Of a stretch of 24,114 nucleotides of DNA, positions 6,400 through 16,196 are shown piece after piece. The DNA lies in the IMG/VR virus record IMGVR_UViG_3300008255_000468, positions 1 through 24,114 of that record; one strand, given 5' to 3'. Source of the stretch: a virus. Its lineage: Duplodnaviria; Caudoviricetes. The notes under the pieces were generated by a model. It did not search any database and was not told the origin of the DNA. It was given only the letters and a program-made list of their open reading frames with translations. A program made the position numbers and the translations under genes. Position 1 is the stretch's first letter. Each line of letters starts with the position of its first letter.

Positions 6400-8918
6400 T
6401 GGTTAATCAATCCGTGTCCGCTGGAGTGTCCGAGAGCATTCAGCAGTGTTCTGTAATTCTCATTCAGTGCATTCAGTTTGGATTTGAGATCGTTGATAAG
6501 CGCTTGTTCTCCAGATCCATAACTTCCGCCCGCGTCGGCAACAGAGCACAGTGCTGGATCTGAGATCGTAGCAGCACGATTCGCGAGTACTTTGCTTCCA
6601 CCAATGTAGACACCCTGAGACGTTGAAGATAGTTTCACGTCACCAGTACCGCCGAACGTCGAACTTACGAGTACTTCGCCGAAGATCGTCAACGGTGACG
6701 CTGTAGACTTCAAAGTCATATTGCTAGCCAGCGTAATCGCGGTCGAAGAGTTAGACATCATTCCAATACTCGACGAACTTGAGTTCGCAAAGAAATTGAA
6801 CGTCGAAGAGAATCTGATGTTTACTTTGCTTGGAGAGATCTGTACTGGAGACGAAGCGAACGAAGTATGTCCAATGCCAATTCCAGATCCTCCATAAATC
6901 TGGATTGCACCCGACGTGATTTTCGTACCAGCAGAACCCACCACCATTTCGATTGCACCCGCCGATGTCACTCTGAATGGTGGCGTGCTGCCTGATGGTG
7001 CTCCCAGTTGGATTTCGCCACCATAGACGTAAATCCCACCAGAGGTAAGGCGAATATACCTCGTGAGATCGGTTATCTGAATGGCGCTTCCGTCAATGGA
7101 AATTCGATTGAAATTGTTCCTGAACGTGGCTGTGCTAGAAAATGATGCTTCACCAGCAGTCAGTTTCCCGACACTGACAGACAACATTTTCACGTCATTG
7201 ATAGTCGCGTCCATCAGCTTGGAACCGTCAACCGACAGCGTGTCGATTTTCGAACCAGCCAAAGAAACGATGTCGCTATTCGTGACGCTGAAAGAATTGA
7301 TCTGTGACTTCGTAATCGAAACAATTTTCGCGCCTGGAATCGTCGCGTCTTGTATATTTGATCCATGGATGGAAATGCTGCCCGCAGCGAACGTGCCCGT
7401 TACAGCGCCCGCATTGACAGTTAAGGGTCCCCCAGACGCCACCGTGCCATAGACCTTCCCGATGTCCAACGAGATAATCATATCGCTCGAAATACCACCG
7501 ATCAAGTTCCCGACGCTCATCTTGTTAACAGACACAGTCGGCACACGCCCGGTCTTTACCGTCGATTCGGTAACCTCTTGCCAAGTACCAGCTTGGTTTT
7601 GGAACCACTTATTCGACGTGGTGTTGTAGTAAAACGAGTCCAGCGGATGCAAAACACTCGGCAACGATGGCGAACTCGCGAAGTATGGAACATCGCGCAA
7701 GTGGTTCGCCAACTGCAAAAAGTCGATGGCACCACCAGCGATCATCGAACCAGTGATAGAGCCAGCACCCGGATTTGGCACGGAACGATCTGTTAGAGCG
7801 TCTTCCAGTTGCCGCCCGAGCTTGATCAATCGAGTCGCGTGATCTTGCACATAGTCGCCAAATGAGACCTCGTATTTGGTGTGACCCTCGGACTCGTTGT
7901 TCGACTTGACCCACGACATTGTAATGTCGCGAATCTGAAATGCTTGATCAATTCCATAGCTATCGGATTTGATGTTGATGATCTGACCACTGCGCAGACC
8001 GTCGAGCATGGTGCTGAAAGAGCCCGTGCGAACGGGTTCAAGGTGTTGCTGTAGAAGCGTCGCTGCGTACACATTGGCAAGCGGTTCGGTAACGATGTCT
8101 TTGTTCACGTATGCACGCGAGAGCACACCCAGGACAGCTTGCGACGCGGAGTCGTTGACAACGACGCGAATCGGTGTCTTGTCAATGAGATCTAAACCGC
8201 CGCGAACGATGACTTGATTCGCTTTCCGCGTCCAGTCTTCTTTGTATTTCAAATCGACAGCGAAAGAATCGATGTTATCAGGTGCGACGCAATCAATCGA
8301 GAATGGTGCATTCGCCAGCGTTGACGAAGTGAAGTGAACATTCTTTTCCGCGTCTATCCACCAGTCAGCGAAAATCATTTCTGCGAGCGTATCGAGTACT
8401 TTCTTCGCATCCCAATCATCGATATTGATGTAATCGAAAGTGTGAATGTTCTCGACAGTTGTCGCGTCAAAGTCTGTTCCCGCGAACACTGCCTGAATGA
8501 TCGCCTTATTCGTCGCTGTTGTGTACTCGCCATTGTGAATGATGTGGTCTAGCTGCGAAGTGTAATCGACACATGCAACAGCATAGTGAGTCAGAGTCGC
8601 ATTGATGACTTTATAATCGACATCGACAATATAGCCACCGAAGATCTTTTCGTCTGTGTCCGCGTCCTCGATAAGCACATTGATTAGATTCGAGACACCA
8701 ATGCCAGCGGAAGTGTCGCCAGCGTAGCGAGCGCCTTCAGTATCTTCGTCTGAAGCGTATGTGAATATCGTGTCGTATCTAGCTTCACCGGTCGGATTGA
8801 ACATCAAACAAAATGAAGCAGTGCTATTCTTTCCACTTATTGTGGTCTGAATACGTGTCTCTGACAAAGACACGTATTGAGTCACATCATTCCCGTTAAC
8901 TGTTATTCTGACTTTCAT
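6396..8918 (-). CDS. Tail tip / hub protein with C-terminal beta-rich spike or fibre region
   Basis: 840 aa directly after the tape measure; hub-like N-terminal ~370 aa, then IT..KI-type repeats and a Ser/Gly-rich beta region. Confidence 0.75.
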   Translation of the reverse strand: MKVRITVNGNDVTQYVSLSETRIQTTISGKNSTASFCLMFNPTGEARYDTIFTYASDEDTEGARYAGDTSAGIGVSNLINVLIEDADTDEKIFGGYIVDVDYKVINATLTHYAVACVDYTSQLDHIIHNGEYTTATNKAIIQAVFAGTDFDATTVENIHTFDYINIDDWDAKKVLDTLAEMIFADWWIDAEKNVHFTSSTLANAPFSIDCVAPDNIDSFAVDLKYKEDWTRKANQVIVRGGLDLIDKTPIRVVVNDSASQAVLGVLSRAYVNKDIVTEPLANVYAATLLQQHLEPVRTGSFSTMLDGLRSGQIINIKSDSYGIDQAFQIRDITMSWVKSNNESEGHTKYEVSFGDYVQDHATRLIKLGRQLEDALTDRSVPNPGAGSITGSMIAGGAIDFLQLANHLRDVPYFASSPSLPSVLHPLDSFYYNTTSNKWFQNQAGTWQEVTESTVKTGRVPTVSVNKMSVGNLIGGISSDMIISLDIGKVYGTVASGGPLTVNAGAVTGTFAAGSISIHGSNIQDATIPGAKIVSITKSQINSFSVTNSDIVSLAGSKIDTLSVDGSKLMDATINDVKMLSVSVGKLTAGEASFSSTATFRNNFNRISIDGSAIQITDLTRYIRLTSGGIYVYGGEIQLGAPSGSTPPFRVTSAGAIEMVVGSAGTKITSGAIQIYGGSGIGIGHTSFASSPVQISPSKVNIRFSSTFNFFANSSSSSIGMMSNSSTAITLASNMTLKSTASPLTIFGEVLVSSTFGGTGDVKLSSTSQGVYIGGSKVLANRAATISDPALCSVADAGGSYGSGEQALINDLKSKLNALNENYRTLLNALGHSSGHGLINH

Positions 8919-8921
8919 AAT

Positions 8922-11900
8922 TTACGCCATCGCAACTGCTTGCTCGATTTGTTTCATGACCGCTTCTGCAACCGCTTTCGGATCCGTGATTCCATTTACA
9001 TTCACGATTACTGATTGTAGTTTACTCTTCATATCAGCAATGTTGGTGTCAATTGCAGACAAGTGATTCAGTTTTCCCAAATACGTGTCGAATGATTGAA
9101 GACTCCAGTATGTGTTGTGACTGATTTCGTCGAGACGCTGACGCACACCACCATTCGTGCGGAGATCGTCGTGTATGTAGTAGAGAAAGTCGTGTGCTTC
9201 CCAGATCAACTCTTTTAGCGTGGGTTTGTTCTCGATAAAATCGACCTTCAGAAACCGCGTGTTTTCCTCGATTTGACCAAGCGCCTTAATCATCCGCTGT
9301 TGTTGAAACACTCCGAAGATATCAGCAATAGCGGAGACAACACCAGTCACTGCGGAGATAACGCCAGCCACACTGTCACCGATTGCGCCACCGATTATGC
9401 CAGCGGGATTATTACCACCACCACCACCACCACCCGATGGTGCGGATACTCCGAAAAATCCTGTTGTTATCGAAGTCAGCTTATCGACCAACGGATCGAG
9501 AGCTTTCTTGATGAGACCGTTCGGACCCGTGATGGCGTCCAGAAATGGTTGTGTCAGCGAATCCCAAACAGCCTTGCTAAGACCTTGCATCGCCTTAGTC
9601 ATGCGTTCGCCCCATGACTCGCTGGAACTACCAAACAGGCTGTCGTAAAGCGAGTCTGATAAATCTTGGACCGTTGTGGATATGCTCGTGAACACACTCG
9701 CGAATGGTGCTTGCAATTTCTGCGTACCATCGGGTCCTTTCAGTTTGCCTTCCAGATCCGAAATAGTCTGCAAAGTGTCTGCTTGTATTTGTCCACCAGC
9801 CCGTTGGGTTTCGGAAACTTGCAAACGCAAGTAAGCTAAGTATGCGGAATCGACTTCGAAATTCGTTCCACCACCAGCCGCGATTGTTTGATACGCAGCC
9901 TTCGCAACTGCGACAGTCTTTGAGAACTCGACATCTGAAACGATGTTCAGACTGCGAAATGCGTCTTCGATTTTAACTTGATCAGCGATAAAGTTCGGCA
10001 CTGTGACAGCGCGGAAATCACGCAGTTGCGCCTGATTATCTACAATCTTCGAAGTGTTCGAATCCCAAGCAGCACCCAACGAATTCATCGCAGCGATAAA
10101 TGGTGGAAGCGTAGCTGTTCTAACAGTATCGAGATCAGTCTTTAGATCTTTCGTCGCACGCGATTGACCTTGAATTTTGTCTGTGTAGAACTGCGCAACC
10201 TTGTCGGCACGCTCTTGTTCTTTCTTGAACTCTTCAGTCGCTTTCTTGGCTGCTTCCTTGTCGCTCTTCAAATTGCGAAGTTGGACGCCTTGATTTCTGA
10301 TTGTGCCAGTGGTTGTCTTGACTTCCGCTTCAGTTTTCTTTTGCTCAGTGCCAAGATCCTCAACAGCGACAGTATTCGCCTTCGCGTCTGTAGTCGCGTC
10401 TTTTGTATCAGTCTGGAAGATCTTCAGAACCTTGTTGATGTCTTCGAATGCTCGCTTCAATGACGATAGCGGAGACAGCCACAACAAGACCTTCGCTGTC
10501 GCTGTGACTACATCGCCGATAACGTCGCCAATGAAACCTAGGAAATTCATCAATTGTGGATTGCCTTGGATGAAAGCGTCTGTGATGTTGTTAACCTGCT
10601 GGACGAACAATACGATCTCGTTCCACAGACCCGTGACGACATCCCAAACATCGTTCACGATTCCACGAAATGTTTCGGATTCCTGGTATGCGAGCACGAG
10701 CGATGCAACGACTCCAGCGATTGCACCAGCCCAAATCACGAATGTTGCGGACACACCAAGCGCCAGCAGCCCGCTGATCGCAAGCGCAATGGGTCCAAGG
10801 ATCGCCAGCGTTGCACCAAACGCGAGAATCGCATCTTGCATTGGCTTGTCTAAGTTTGTGAACCAAGTCACAGCGCCTTCGAGCAAACCGATTCCTGCTT
10901 CCATCAACGGTTTGAACGCTTCGAGTTTCGGAATCAGAGCATCGCCGAACTTTATGGCAGCGTTCTCGACCGTTGTCTTGGTCTCGTTCATCATCTGCCG
11001 AAACCCACCCAACCCGGTCGTACTGCGCTCGAAGGCGATTCCGGCTGCCCCAGCGCTGTTTTCCATGTTGGTGAGCTTCGTGTCGTACTGATCCGACAGA
11101 GAGCCTGCAAGAGCGAGCATCAACGTTTGCGCTTCCGTGGACCCGACAAGCGCACCAAGGGGAATTTTCGACTTTTCAGCAGTCCCGACGATTGCGGAGA
11201 TAGCGCCGCTGAAGCCGAGTCCAGCGACAGCAGCAGCACCCGACTCGTACCCCATTTCGGCGAACGCCGCTTGCAAATTTTTGGACGGGTTCATTAAGGC
11301 TGCGTATGTCGCTGCTAGTTTTGTCGAGACTTCCGCCGTTGATCCGACAGCGCCTGACGCGGTGCTGAATGTCGCGAACAGTTCCTCTTGCGAAACACCT
11401 AGCGCGTTCGCCAGGGGAACCACACGTCCGACACTTCCAGCCAGTTCCTCGAAGCTCGTTTTACCGTCCACCACGGTCTGAAACATCTTGTCGCTGACGG
11501 ACCCTGCTTCAGACACGTCGAGGTTGTAGCCTTTGATGACAGCTTGAATAGCTGAGACAGCAGTCGATGTATCTGTCAGACCCGCACGCGCCGCTTCGTT
11601 TGCGATGCGAAGCAGATTCATCGATTGTTCGCTGTCTCCAAACGAACTGATGATTTCGTACATCGCGGCTGACAAAACCGTTGCGGATGTACCTGTTTCC
11701 GTGGACAAATCGAGAATCGCTTGCTTCAACTGAAGCACCCGTTCCTCGGGAATTTGCAACGTTCCGATGTTTGCCATCGCAACGTTAAACTCGTTTGCGA
11801 AATAGACAGCGGCACCACCAGCAGCGGTGATCGGAACTGTAAATGCGGTCGTTAACGTCGAACCAGCGGACGCAAGACTAGCAGACGCCGAAGACATTTT

Positions 11901-11981
11901 GTCCTCGACGCTCTGCCAGTCTTTCATGAATTGAGAGACGGATGCTCCGACCCGCACTGATAAGTGATTTACATCCGCCAT
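8922..11981 (-). CDS. Tail tape measure protein (TP901-family core)
   Basis: 1019 aa, Ala-rich; DKMFQTVVDGKTSFEELAGSVGRVVPLANALGVS core; Trp-spaced repeats and hydrophobic segments. Confidence 0.95.
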   Translation of the reverse strand: MADVNHLSVRVGASVSQFMKDWQSVEDKMSSASASLASAGSTLTTAFTVPITAAGGAAVYFANEFNVAMANIGTLQIPEERVLQLKQAILDLSTETGTSATVLSAAMYEIISSFGDSEQSMNLLRIANEAARAGLTDTSTAVSAIQAVIKGYNLDVSEAGSVSDKMFQTVVDGKTSFEELAGSVGRVVPLANALGVSQEELFATFSTASGAVGSTAEVSTKLAATYAALMNPSKNLQAAFAEMGYESGAAAVAGLGFSGAISAIVGTAEKSKIPLGALVGSTEAQTLMLALAGSLSDQYDTKLTNMENSAGAAGIAFERSTTGLGGFRQMMNETKTTVENAAIKFGDALIPKLEAFKPLMEAGIGLLEGAVTWFTNLDKPMQDAILAFGATLAILGPIALAISGLLALGVSATFVIWAGAIAGVVASLVLAYQESETFRGIVNDVWDVVTGLWNEIVLFVQQVNNITDAFIQGNPQLMNFLGFIGDVIGDVVTATAKVLLWLSPLSSLKRAFEDINKVLKIFQTDTKDATTDAKANTVAVEDLGTEQKKTEAEVKTTTGTIRNQGVQLRNLKSDKEAAKKATEEFKKEQERADKVAQFYTDKIQGQSRATKDLKTDLDTVRTATLPPFIAAMNSLGAAWDSNTSKIVDNQAQLRDFRAVTVPNFIADQVKIEDAFRSLNIVSDVEFSKTVAVAKAAYQTIAAGGGTNFEVDSAYLAYLRLQVSETQRAGGQIQADTLQTISDLEGKLKGPDGTQKLQAPFASVFTSISTTVQDLSDSLYDSLFGSSSESWGERMTKAMQGLSKAVWDSLTQPFLDAITGPNGLIKKALDPLVDKLTSITTGFFGVSAPSGGGGGGGNNPAGIIGGAIGDSVAGVISAVTGVVSAIADIFGVFQQQRMIKALGQIEENTRFLKVDFIENKPTLKELIWEAHDFLYYIHDDLRTNGGVRQRLDEISHNTYWSLQSFDTYLGKLNHLSAIDTNIADMKSKLQSVIVNVNGITDPKAVAEAVMKQIEQAVAMA

Positions 11982-11987
11982 GGTTTA

Positions 11988-12326
11988 TTACTCCTGCTGT
12001 GATTTCAAGTTCGCGAACATTCGTTGCGCCTTCGTTACGACATCGATACCGTCATCTTTTTTCCTGTTCCGCATCGCTGGCATAAAATCTTTCGCCTTCA
12101 ATGCGGCTGTCGATTTCTGCTTGTGCATGTTGTAAGTCAATGCACACAGCATCGATGCTGAATAGTTCGAAACGAAACAGTCTCGTTCGAATTTGTCCTC
12201 TGATTCCTCGATCAGTTTTTCGAATGTGCGGAAACTGATAATCATTGATTCTTCGATAGATAGCTGGAATCGACTCTTACAGATAGCTATCCAGTAATCG
12301 ATGTCGAACCAGCATCCGCTAAAGGG
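11988..12326 (-). CDS. Tail assembly chaperone C-terminal extension (gpT-like), reached by -1 frameshift
   Basis: The -1 frame is open from slippery C CCT TTA (12320-12326) through FSGCWFDIDYWIAICKSRFQLSIEES into ORF 11988..12245. Confidence 0.75.
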   Translation of the reverse strand, partial: PFSGCWFDIDYWIAICKSRFQLSIEESMIISFRTFEKLIEESEDKFERDCFVSNYSASMLCALTYNMHKQKSTAALKAKDFMPAMRNRKKDDGIDVVTKAQRMFANLKSQQE

Positions 12327-12733
12327 TCACTTTTCAAAGCCTCATTGTTCGCTGATTGCGTCGCTTCATCCATCTTGTCGAGTGCTTGTTCGACCATCTC
12401 GGTTTGTTTGTCGAATGCTCGCTTCAATGCGTCGTGAAACTTGTCACCGACCACATGCTTCGCCAGAAATAGATGGATCTGTTCGATATCGTCGAGTGCT
12501 ATATCCGCGATGAATTGCTCGAAGGTCACGTCTGCGTGGTTGCTCTTTATTCCTTCGTACAACACTTGGAGCAAAGTCGTTGCGAAATCAATGTTTTGTA
12601 CTTGAGTGATTGCGTAACGAGGATTCACACCGAACTGCTGCTGATAAGCAAATGCTTCGAGAGCGCCGAAGTGGAATTGATAGGTGTTGTCGCCAACTGT
12701 GAATGGATGAGAGAGTGTTTTTTTAAGTTGCAT
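12287..12733 (-). CDS. Tail assembly chaperone (gpG-like)
   Basis: Between major tail and tape measure; ATG 12733 is 7 nt after ATAAATA (track start 12739). Confidence 0.8.
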   Translation of the reverse strand: MQLKKTLSHPFTVGDNTYQFHFGALEAFAYQQQFGVNPRYAITQVQNIDFATTLLQVLYEGIKSNHADVTFEQFIADIALDDIEQIHLFLAKHVVGDKFHDALKRAFDKQTEMVEQALDKMDEATQSANNEALKSDPLADAGSTSITG

Positions 12734-12740
12734 ACACATC

Positions 12741-12747
12741 TATTTAT
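12741..12747 (-). promoter_or_regulatory. T4-late-like promoter ATAAATA
   Basis: Directly after a terminator, 7 nt before ATG 12733. Confidence 0.6.
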
Positions 12748-12753
12748 GAAAAG

Positions 12754-12789
12754 CAAAACACTCGACTGCGGGAACAGTCGAGTGTTTTG
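12754..12789. terminator. Intrinsic terminator downstream of the major tail gene
   Basis: 15-bp perfect stem CAAAACACTCGACTG / CAGTCGAGTGTTTTG with a 6-nt loop. Confidence 0.8.
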
Positions 12790-12859
12790 ATAGCAGCAAC
12801 TATGTCTGTCTATTGAGGTAACCAGACGATTGTATTTAGCTCTTACGCGAAGGTGTCTA

Positions 12860-13270
12860 CTACGCGAATGTTGGCTTGCCACTGATTCGAATAGTGACGT
12901 TCGCCATCTGGACGCCATTGACGGTATATGGAACACCATACGATGTTACATATCCCGCAAACGACATTGTTTCCAGTGTTCCAGACGCGCCCGGAGTTTT
13001 GATCTTCCAGTTCTTTTTCGCACCTATTTCGACTAGACCACGCAACGCGGGTGCAGCAGAGTGCGGAACTTGAAATGAAATCTCGCCATAGTCGGGAACA
13101 CCGACGGGCACGACTTCCACACCCTGACTCGAATGACTGGTAATCGTCTCGACTTCTCGATTCACTGTTGCTTCATCAAGATCGCCGATGTCGGCAATTG
13201 CGGCAAATACTTCACTTGGGGTAGCACCATCGCCAACCTCAAGGATAACGCCATGACTTTTCAAGGACAT
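12860..13270 (-). CDS. Major tail (tube) protein
   Basis: EVETITSHSS...GVPDYGEISF...FAGYVTSY...ANVTIRISGKP, typical of HK97/lambda-type tube proteins; AGGAG RBS. Confidence 0.88.
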   Translation of the reverse strand: MSLKSHGVILEVGDGATPSEVFAAIADIGDLDEATVNREVETITSHSSQGVEVVPVGVPDYGEISFQVPHSAAPALRGLVEIGAKKNWKIKTPGASGTLETMSFAGYVTSYGVPYTVNGVQMANVTIRISGKPTFA

Positions 13271-13306
13271 AATAATAGGACTCCTACAGAAAGAAATTTC
13301 TGATTG

Positions 13307-13313
13307 TATTTAG
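13307..13313 (-). promoter_or_regulatory. T4-late-like promoter CTAAATA
   Basis: Intergenic, upstream of the major tail RBS. Confidence 0.6.
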
Positions 13314-13338
13314 CATCTGGCAGAAGTCTGCTATTGTG

Positions 13339-13725
13339 TTAGCTTTCCTCGATAATCGAGCGAACGCGAATAACACCTTGCTGCGTGAAACCGTCAGGCT
13401 GCGTGTATACTTGACAAAACTCGACGTATGTTAAAACATGCGTAAATCCTGTCACCGTCAATGATGTTCTATCGAGAACTTTATCGACTTTCTCTAATAG
13501 TTCCCGAGACTGTTTCGAACCGTGGTATTGTGTCCACACCAGAATCGTTGTCGTTATTTCCCGCCCGCGTTTCGAATGGTTAGACCGTTCAATGGCTGTT
13601 GAATTATCTACTTTGATATATGGAAACGCTGTGTTCTGCGGAACATAATCGAACACGGGAATACCAGTCAGCGACACTGCTGTCGATAGTTTGGTGAAGA
13701 TCGCTTTTTGTAATTCTGCTAGCAT
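13339..13725 (-). CDS. Tail terminator / completion protein (DUF3168-like)
   Basis: ELQKAIFTKL...VFDYVPQNTAFPYI motif; synteny. Confidence 0.85.
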   Translation of the reverse strand: MLAELQKAIFTKLSTAVSLTGIPVFDYVPQNTAFPYIKVDNSTAIERSNHSKRGREITTTILVWTQYHGSKQSRELLEKVDKVLDRTSLTVTGFTHVLTYVEFCQVYTQPDGFTQQGVIRVRSIIEES

Positions 13726-13731
13726 ATGTAA

Positions 13732-14115
13732 TTACCCGATTGATAGATCTTTGACGATTTTCATCATTCCGTCTTCGAACTCGCGGCGATGTTTTTCGAG
13801 TGCGGGAACTAGAAACGGATGCGCTTCAGTCATTGTTCCCGACTTTGTTAAATGTCCGAACTCTAACAAGTGAGCATGCGGAGCGCCCGCGAATACACGA
13901 CCAACTCGATACTTCTTGACGAGTTCTTTCTTTATCGAGTCTCGCAACATACCCGTATCCACGGGCGCAAGTGTCTTCGCTTCGAGCATCACCTTTTCAG
14001 CAATCGAGTCCACTAATGCAAGCACTCGCACAATAAATGCTGCTTTCATGTCCTTGATGGTTTGTCGAAGCTCTTCAACACCTTCGAGTTCGACTGTTAT
14101 CTTTGGCTCGCTCAT
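13732..14115 (-). CDS. HK97 gp10-like neck protein
   Basis: APVDTGMLRDSI, AHLLEFG, AHPFLVPA motifs; ATG 14115 overlaps the upstream stop. Confidence 0.9.
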   Translation of the reverse strand: MSEPKITVELEGVEELRQTIKDMKAAFIVRVLALVDSIAEKVMLEAKTLAPVDTGMLRDSIKKELVKKYRVGRVFAGAPHAHLLEFGHLTKSGTMTEAHPFLVPALEKHRREFEDGMMKIVKDLSIG

Positions 14116-14432
14116 TACACAATCTCTTCTGCCAGAATCAACATCCAACGCGACCGTTCGTCGATGTTGATAACAGCGGACACTTTGAACAATCGTGACC
14201 CAAATACAATATCGTCTGTTGGTTTGACACTCACACCGAATCGCACAGTGATTTTGTGTGACACCTTCGCTTCGAGCTTCATACTCTCGAATGTTTCGCG
14301 TCCGCTGACAGGTTGAATACTCGCACGTGTAGATGTATCCACATGTGTGCGAGTGAATCCACCAGACCCGTCAGCGACGTTGGTATAGCGACGAATCGTA
14401 ATTGCGTGGCGAAGATCAGCTAGTTTAGACAT
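14115..14432 (-). CDS. Head closure / head-tail adaptor (SPP1 gp16-like)
   Basis: LRHAITI...DGSGG...ASIQPVSGRE...HKITVRF motifs. Confidence 0.88.
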   Translation of the reverse strand: MSKLADLRHAITIRRYTNVADGSGGFTRTHVDTSTRASIQPVSGRETFESMKLEAKVSHKITVRFGVSVKPTDDIVFGSRLFKVSAVINIDERSRWMLILAEEIV

Positions 14433-14982
14433 ATCTGGTAATAGTTTGCTGTGCAATCAATGCTGCCAGTGAAAACGGCAATGGTTTCGCGCCCGCTGCT
14501 TTGTCTGTGTACACTTCCCTGTTCTCGTACAAATGAGCAACGAGAAACTTAATCGCGTGCTTGGTGACATCGGGAACTAGATTCGCAGTCGCAACACCAG
14601 CGACGAAGGTCACCTTCGTCAAAATCGTTTTCTCTGGTGGCGAATCACGAATAACAACAACAGCGGGAGACACTGACAGTCGAGAAAAGTAATCCGTGGC
14701 TGGTACTTCTGTACCGTCTTCGCTGATGAACACGACAGAAGAAATGCTCGTGATCTTGAACCGTGGAATGTTAATCACTTTTTGCGCATTGTTCAGCGTG
14801 TATGAATGCGTCGATTGCATCACGACACGACCCGTTTCTTTCTCGAAGAAGCTAGTCGCGACGTGAATCAACGACTCGATATAGGTATCGTCAGCAACAA
14901 ATGCTGGCTCGATTACTAAGTGTTTCTTCGCTTCATCGGCGGTAATCGGAAGAACTGTTCTCGCTGTTAATAGTTCGATCAT
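14425..14982 (-). CDS. Head-tail connector (HK97 gp6 / SPP1 gp15-like)
   Basis: EAKKHLVI...DDTYIESLI...AIKFLVAHLYENRE motifs. Confidence 0.9.
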   Translation of the reverse strand: MIELLTARTVLPITADEAKKHLVIEPAFVADDTYIESLIHVATSFFEKETGRVVMQSTHSYTLNNAQKVINIPRFKITSISSVVFISEDGTEVPATDYFSRLSVSPAVVVIRDSPPEKTILTKVTFVAGVATANLVPDVTKHAIKFLVAHLYENREVYTDKAAGAKPLPFSLAALIAQQTITRYV

Positions 14983-14987
14983 GCAGA

Positions 14988-14994
14988 TATTTAG
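14988..14994 (-). promoter_or_regulatory. T4-late-like promoter CTAAATA
   Basis: Directly after the capsid terminator, 5 nt before ATG 14982. Confidence 0.65.
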
Positions 14995-15003
14995 TAAAAA
15001 ACA

Positions 15004-15035
15004 AAAGGCTGAAGTCGGTGAAGACTCCAGCCTTT
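15004..15035 (-). terminator. Intrinsic terminator after the major capsid gene
   Basis: AAAGGCTG-AGTC...GACT-CAGCCTTT stem followed by a T-run on the minus strand. Confidence 0.75.
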
Positions 15036-15055
15036 GTATTGTTATTGATTGTCGC

Positions 15056-16192
15056 TTAGCCGACGGACATTACCAGCTTGCGGAACGCATCAGCGATCAT
15101 GACCTGACCATCGATCCGTTTGTATGCGCGGAATCCGACTTGACCATTTGCCGCGAAGGTTTCATTCAAGCGCTTCATCTGGACGCCACCACGGTCTGCG
15201 ATCTGATACTTGCTCAAGTCACCAAAACACGCGATGACTTTCGCGGATGTTGCAGCAGAGTCCATTGTTGGTGAAACGAAGACTGGCTTACCAAGCAAGC
15301 TGTCGGTCGAGCCAGCAGCAACACCGGGCGCGTAGAACACAAAGTTTCCGTCAGTTTCGCTCTTCAACTTCAACTTGCGAAGAACAAGTTGGATAGCATC
15401 GTTCATAATCCAGCAAGCATTCGCCCGGTATTTCTGCGGCAATGCGTGGTAGAAGTTCAAAATTCCGTCAGCAGTCAACGCAGTTACGTGACCATTATTG
15501 AAAGCTGTTGCTCCAGTCACCACACCCTGAACGGTTGTGGAACCAGCACCGATGCTGAATAGGTCAAGTTCTTTATCGGAGAATCCGTCAGCGAAACGGT
15601 TTGCAAGCACGCTGAAGATATCGAATCCAGTATCTTCCACGAACTCTTCAGCCAATTTGACCAAAGCGCTCATTTTGTACGCCTTCATGGTTTTTCCACT
15701 GATGCTTGGTTCGGTCTCTGCCAGTTCATCGGACTCGCCTTCGACCGTGACGGTAATGTCACCGACAACGGGAATCGTGGAAGTACTCGTGGTCTTGATT
15801 ACAGACGCACGCTGACGGAAGAAGTTCAATTCAGCAAGCGCAGTTTCGATCTTTTCGACGATGCTCTGCGGAACCATTGCAGCGTCGTCCGCTGTGTTCA
15901 AAGCGCGTTCCATACGCCCGGTGCGCAAATAGCGCTCGAAGGCAGACTTTTCGGTATCATTACCACGAAGGTTGACTTCGTTCGCGACTTCGCGAACACC
16001 TTCAGCTAGCTTGTCAATTCGTTCGATTCTTTCGATTTCTGCCATCAGCGACTTTTCGTCGTTGAACATGCGGTCGATAGTCTCGTTCTCTTCATTACTC
16101 AAAGAACGCTTTTCAGCAGCCGCTTTTCCCGCGATCTGTTTCGCGTCTTCAATCATCTTTGCGCGTAGTTGGCGCAGTTCGATGTTTCTCAT
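15056..16192 (-). CDS. HK97-fold major capsid protein with N-terminal delta (scaffold) domain
   Basis: Coiled-coil N-terminus; FGDLSKYQIADRGG...GQVGFRAYKRIDG; GAGGT RBS 8 nt before ATG 16192. Confidence 0.95.
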   Translation of the reverse strand: MRNIELRQLRAKMIEDAKQIAGKAAAEKRSLSNEENETIDRMFNDEKSLMAEIERIERIDKLAEGVREVANEVNLRGNDTEKSAFERYLRTGRMERALNTADDAAMVPQSIVEKIETALAELNFFRQRASVIKTTSTSTIPVVGDITVTVEGESDELAETEPSISGKTMKAYKMSALVKLAEEFVEDTGFDIFSVLANRFADGFSDKELDLFSIGAGSTTVQGVVTGATAFNNGHVTALTADGILNFYHALPQKYRANACWIMNDAIQLVLRKLKLKSETDGNFVFYAPGVAAGSTDSLLGKPVFVSPTMDSAATSAKVIACFGDLSKYQIADRGGVQMKRLNETFAANGQVGFRAYKRIDGQVMIADAFRKLVMSVG

Positions 16193-16196
16193 TTTA

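Noticed and set aside
9413-9434. (CCA)n microsatellite as a phase-variation site
   Set aside because: Triplet repeat encoding an in-frame poly-Gly linker in the tape measure
10303-11091. Long antisense ORFs (also 654..1160, 21737..22366 and others)
   Set aside because: Shadow frames of well-supported genes on the opposite strand
12830-13036. Plus-strand ORF with an upstream GAGGT
   Set aside because: TTG start, antisense to the major tail gene and non-protein-like composition
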